A DNA stretch of 64,000 nt, from contig CAVTBU010000005.1 of NCBI GenBank assembly GCA_963733035.1, forward strand, positions 2,688,001 through 2,752,000. Direction: 5' to 3'. Source of the DNA: Pirellulales bacterium (GTDB lineage: Bacteria; Planctomycetota; Planctomycetia; Pirellulales; PALSA-1355). Position numbers and translations under genes: made by a program. This document shows positions 62,798 through 64,000 of this stretch, piece by piece; the stretch's first letter is position 1; every line of letters begins with the position of its first letter. The notes below the pieces were generated by a model that worked only from the letters and a program-made list of their open reading frames with translations, made no database searches and had not been told where the DNA came from.

Positions 62798-63892
62798 TCA
62801 TGCCGAGTCCAGCATCTTTCGGATGTTGGTGACGGCTTGTCGCAATGACCAATCGTGATGTAGCAACTTCTCGGTACGACGACATCCGTGCAGCACGGTC
62901 GTGTGGTCGCGGCCGCCGAAAAACTGGCCAATCTCGGTCAAGCTGCAGGACGTGAGTTGCCGGGCCAGGTACATCGCCACACAACGGGCCGCGACCAGGG
63001 CGCGACGCCGTTCAGGGCTCTTCAGATCAGCCAGTTTCAATCCGAAATGTTTGGCCGTCAGGCGAGCGATATCGCGAAGTTTGGCCGCGGCGCCTTCGTC
63101 GCGGTGCGACACAAGCTTGCGAACGCGAAGGGGGTCGACCGGTTCGCCTGTCATCCGTGCCGCGAGTTCCAACTCCCAAATGGCCGAAACCAGCATCGGC
63201 ACGCTGCCCGTAAGTCCGTCGGCCAGCCCGTTGAGTGCCCGCCGCGGAACAGGCAAATTGCGACGCTCGGCCAATTGTTCCAAGATCGCTCGTCGCGTCG
63301 CTCGAGAGGGAAACACGAGCGGAACCGCCAGCCCGGCCGAGAGCCGACTGCGCAGGGGCGGAACGAGCACGCTCCAGTAACTCGGCAGCGTGCGTGCCGT
63401 AGTCACGACGGACGCTTCACGGTCGCCCAACGCGTCGAGCGTGTGCAGGAATTCATGTTGAGCCGACTGCTTGCCCGCCAACTCGCCCAGATCTTCGAGC
63501 ACGAATAGATCGGCTTGCCGGATCTCATCACGCCATGCTTCCAATCGACCGTCGTTGAGCGCCTCGACGTATTGCCGCGCGAAGTCCGAACCGGAAAGGC
63601 AATTGACTTGCGCATGGCTGAAATTTTTCCGCCACCAATCGACTAATCCCCGAGCGAGATGTGTTTTTCCGCTACCATGGGGGCCGTAGAGCACCAGGAG
63701 ACCGTGACTCCCGAGAGTTCCCTCAAGCAGCGGGCTCAGAGCAGTGGCGGCCAGGGCGTTTTCGACGCCGGCCACGAACTCGGTGAGGACCGCGCCGTCG
63801 GCACATTCCGACGAAACCACGCCCGCCTTCGCGCTACGCGAAGGGTTCGCAATCGTTCCCGACAAGGGGATCGTCAAGACGCCATTTACCAC
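62798..63892 (-). CDS. dnaA: DnaA-family replication initiator, atypical (short N-terminus, no evident domain I)
   Basis: FVAGVEN, YGPHGSGKTHL, RSRLSAGL, domain IV AMYLARQLT.CSLTEIGQFFGGRDHTTVLHG. Start uncertain (63892 or 63955). Confidence 0.85.
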   Translation of the reverse strand: MVNGVLTIPLSGTIANPSRSAKAGVVSSECADGAVLTEFVAGVENALAATALSPLLEGTLGSHGLLVLYGPHGSGKTHLARGLVDWWRKNFSHAQVNCLSGSDFARQYVEALNDGRLEAWRDEIRQADLFVLEDLGELAGKQSAQHEFLHTLDALGDREASVVTTARTLPSYWSVLVPPLRSRLSAGLAVPLVFPSRATRRAILEQLAERRNLPVPRRALNGLADGLTGSVPMLVSAIWELELAARMTGEPVDPLRVRKLVSHRDEGAAAKLRDIARLTAKHFGLKLADLKSPERRRALVAARCVAMYLARQLTSCSLTEIGQFFGGRDHTTVLHGCRRTEKLLHHDWSLRQAVTNIRKMLDSA

Positions 63893-64000
63893 TGCGGGTC
63901 CGTCCAACGAGAAGGTGCCAGAAGGGCCGGAAAAATCGCCAGTTTGTGAACCCAAATTGTAGCGAATTTTGGGTCGCCCGGCGAGGTGGTAATGGCCAGT

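Overview
High-GC bacterial chromosome segment, most likely a planctomycete (Pirellulales-like). Clues: a LEPR-XLL-type export motif, 'RFRLRSLL' N-termini, tandem Zn-ribbon signal peptidases, PheT lacking its OB domain and an atypical dnaA. Most of the window is core genome: pyrE, rpmI-rplT-pheS-pheT, rarA, rdgB, lepA-lepB x3-lptB, gyrB, dciA, dnaN and dnaA, with a probable oriC (DnaA-trios plus degenerate DnaA boxes) between dnaA and dnaN. A small accessory patch at about 46.4-49.1 kb holds an orphan Rhs tip, an FGE/SUMF1-domain gene, an IS256 remnant and an IS-interrupted gene. It is followed by a ~2,240-aa surface protein. About a dozen 1-2 nt indels, many at (GC)n tracts and some in essential genes, look like long-read errors. 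Most interesting candidates: (1) an unannotated 45-aa basic Zn-finger ORF with its own promoter that resembles archaeal/eukaryotic ribosomal protein eL40; (2) a 2-Cys peroxiredoxin fused to a non-RD Ser/Thr kinase; (3) a ~95-nt stand-alone hairpin ncRNA candidate; (4) an Upf1/IGHMBP2-like helicase carrying a DbpA-type RNA-binding domain; (5) a non-canonical oriC/DnaA pair. No database searches were run; all family calls come from motif recognition.
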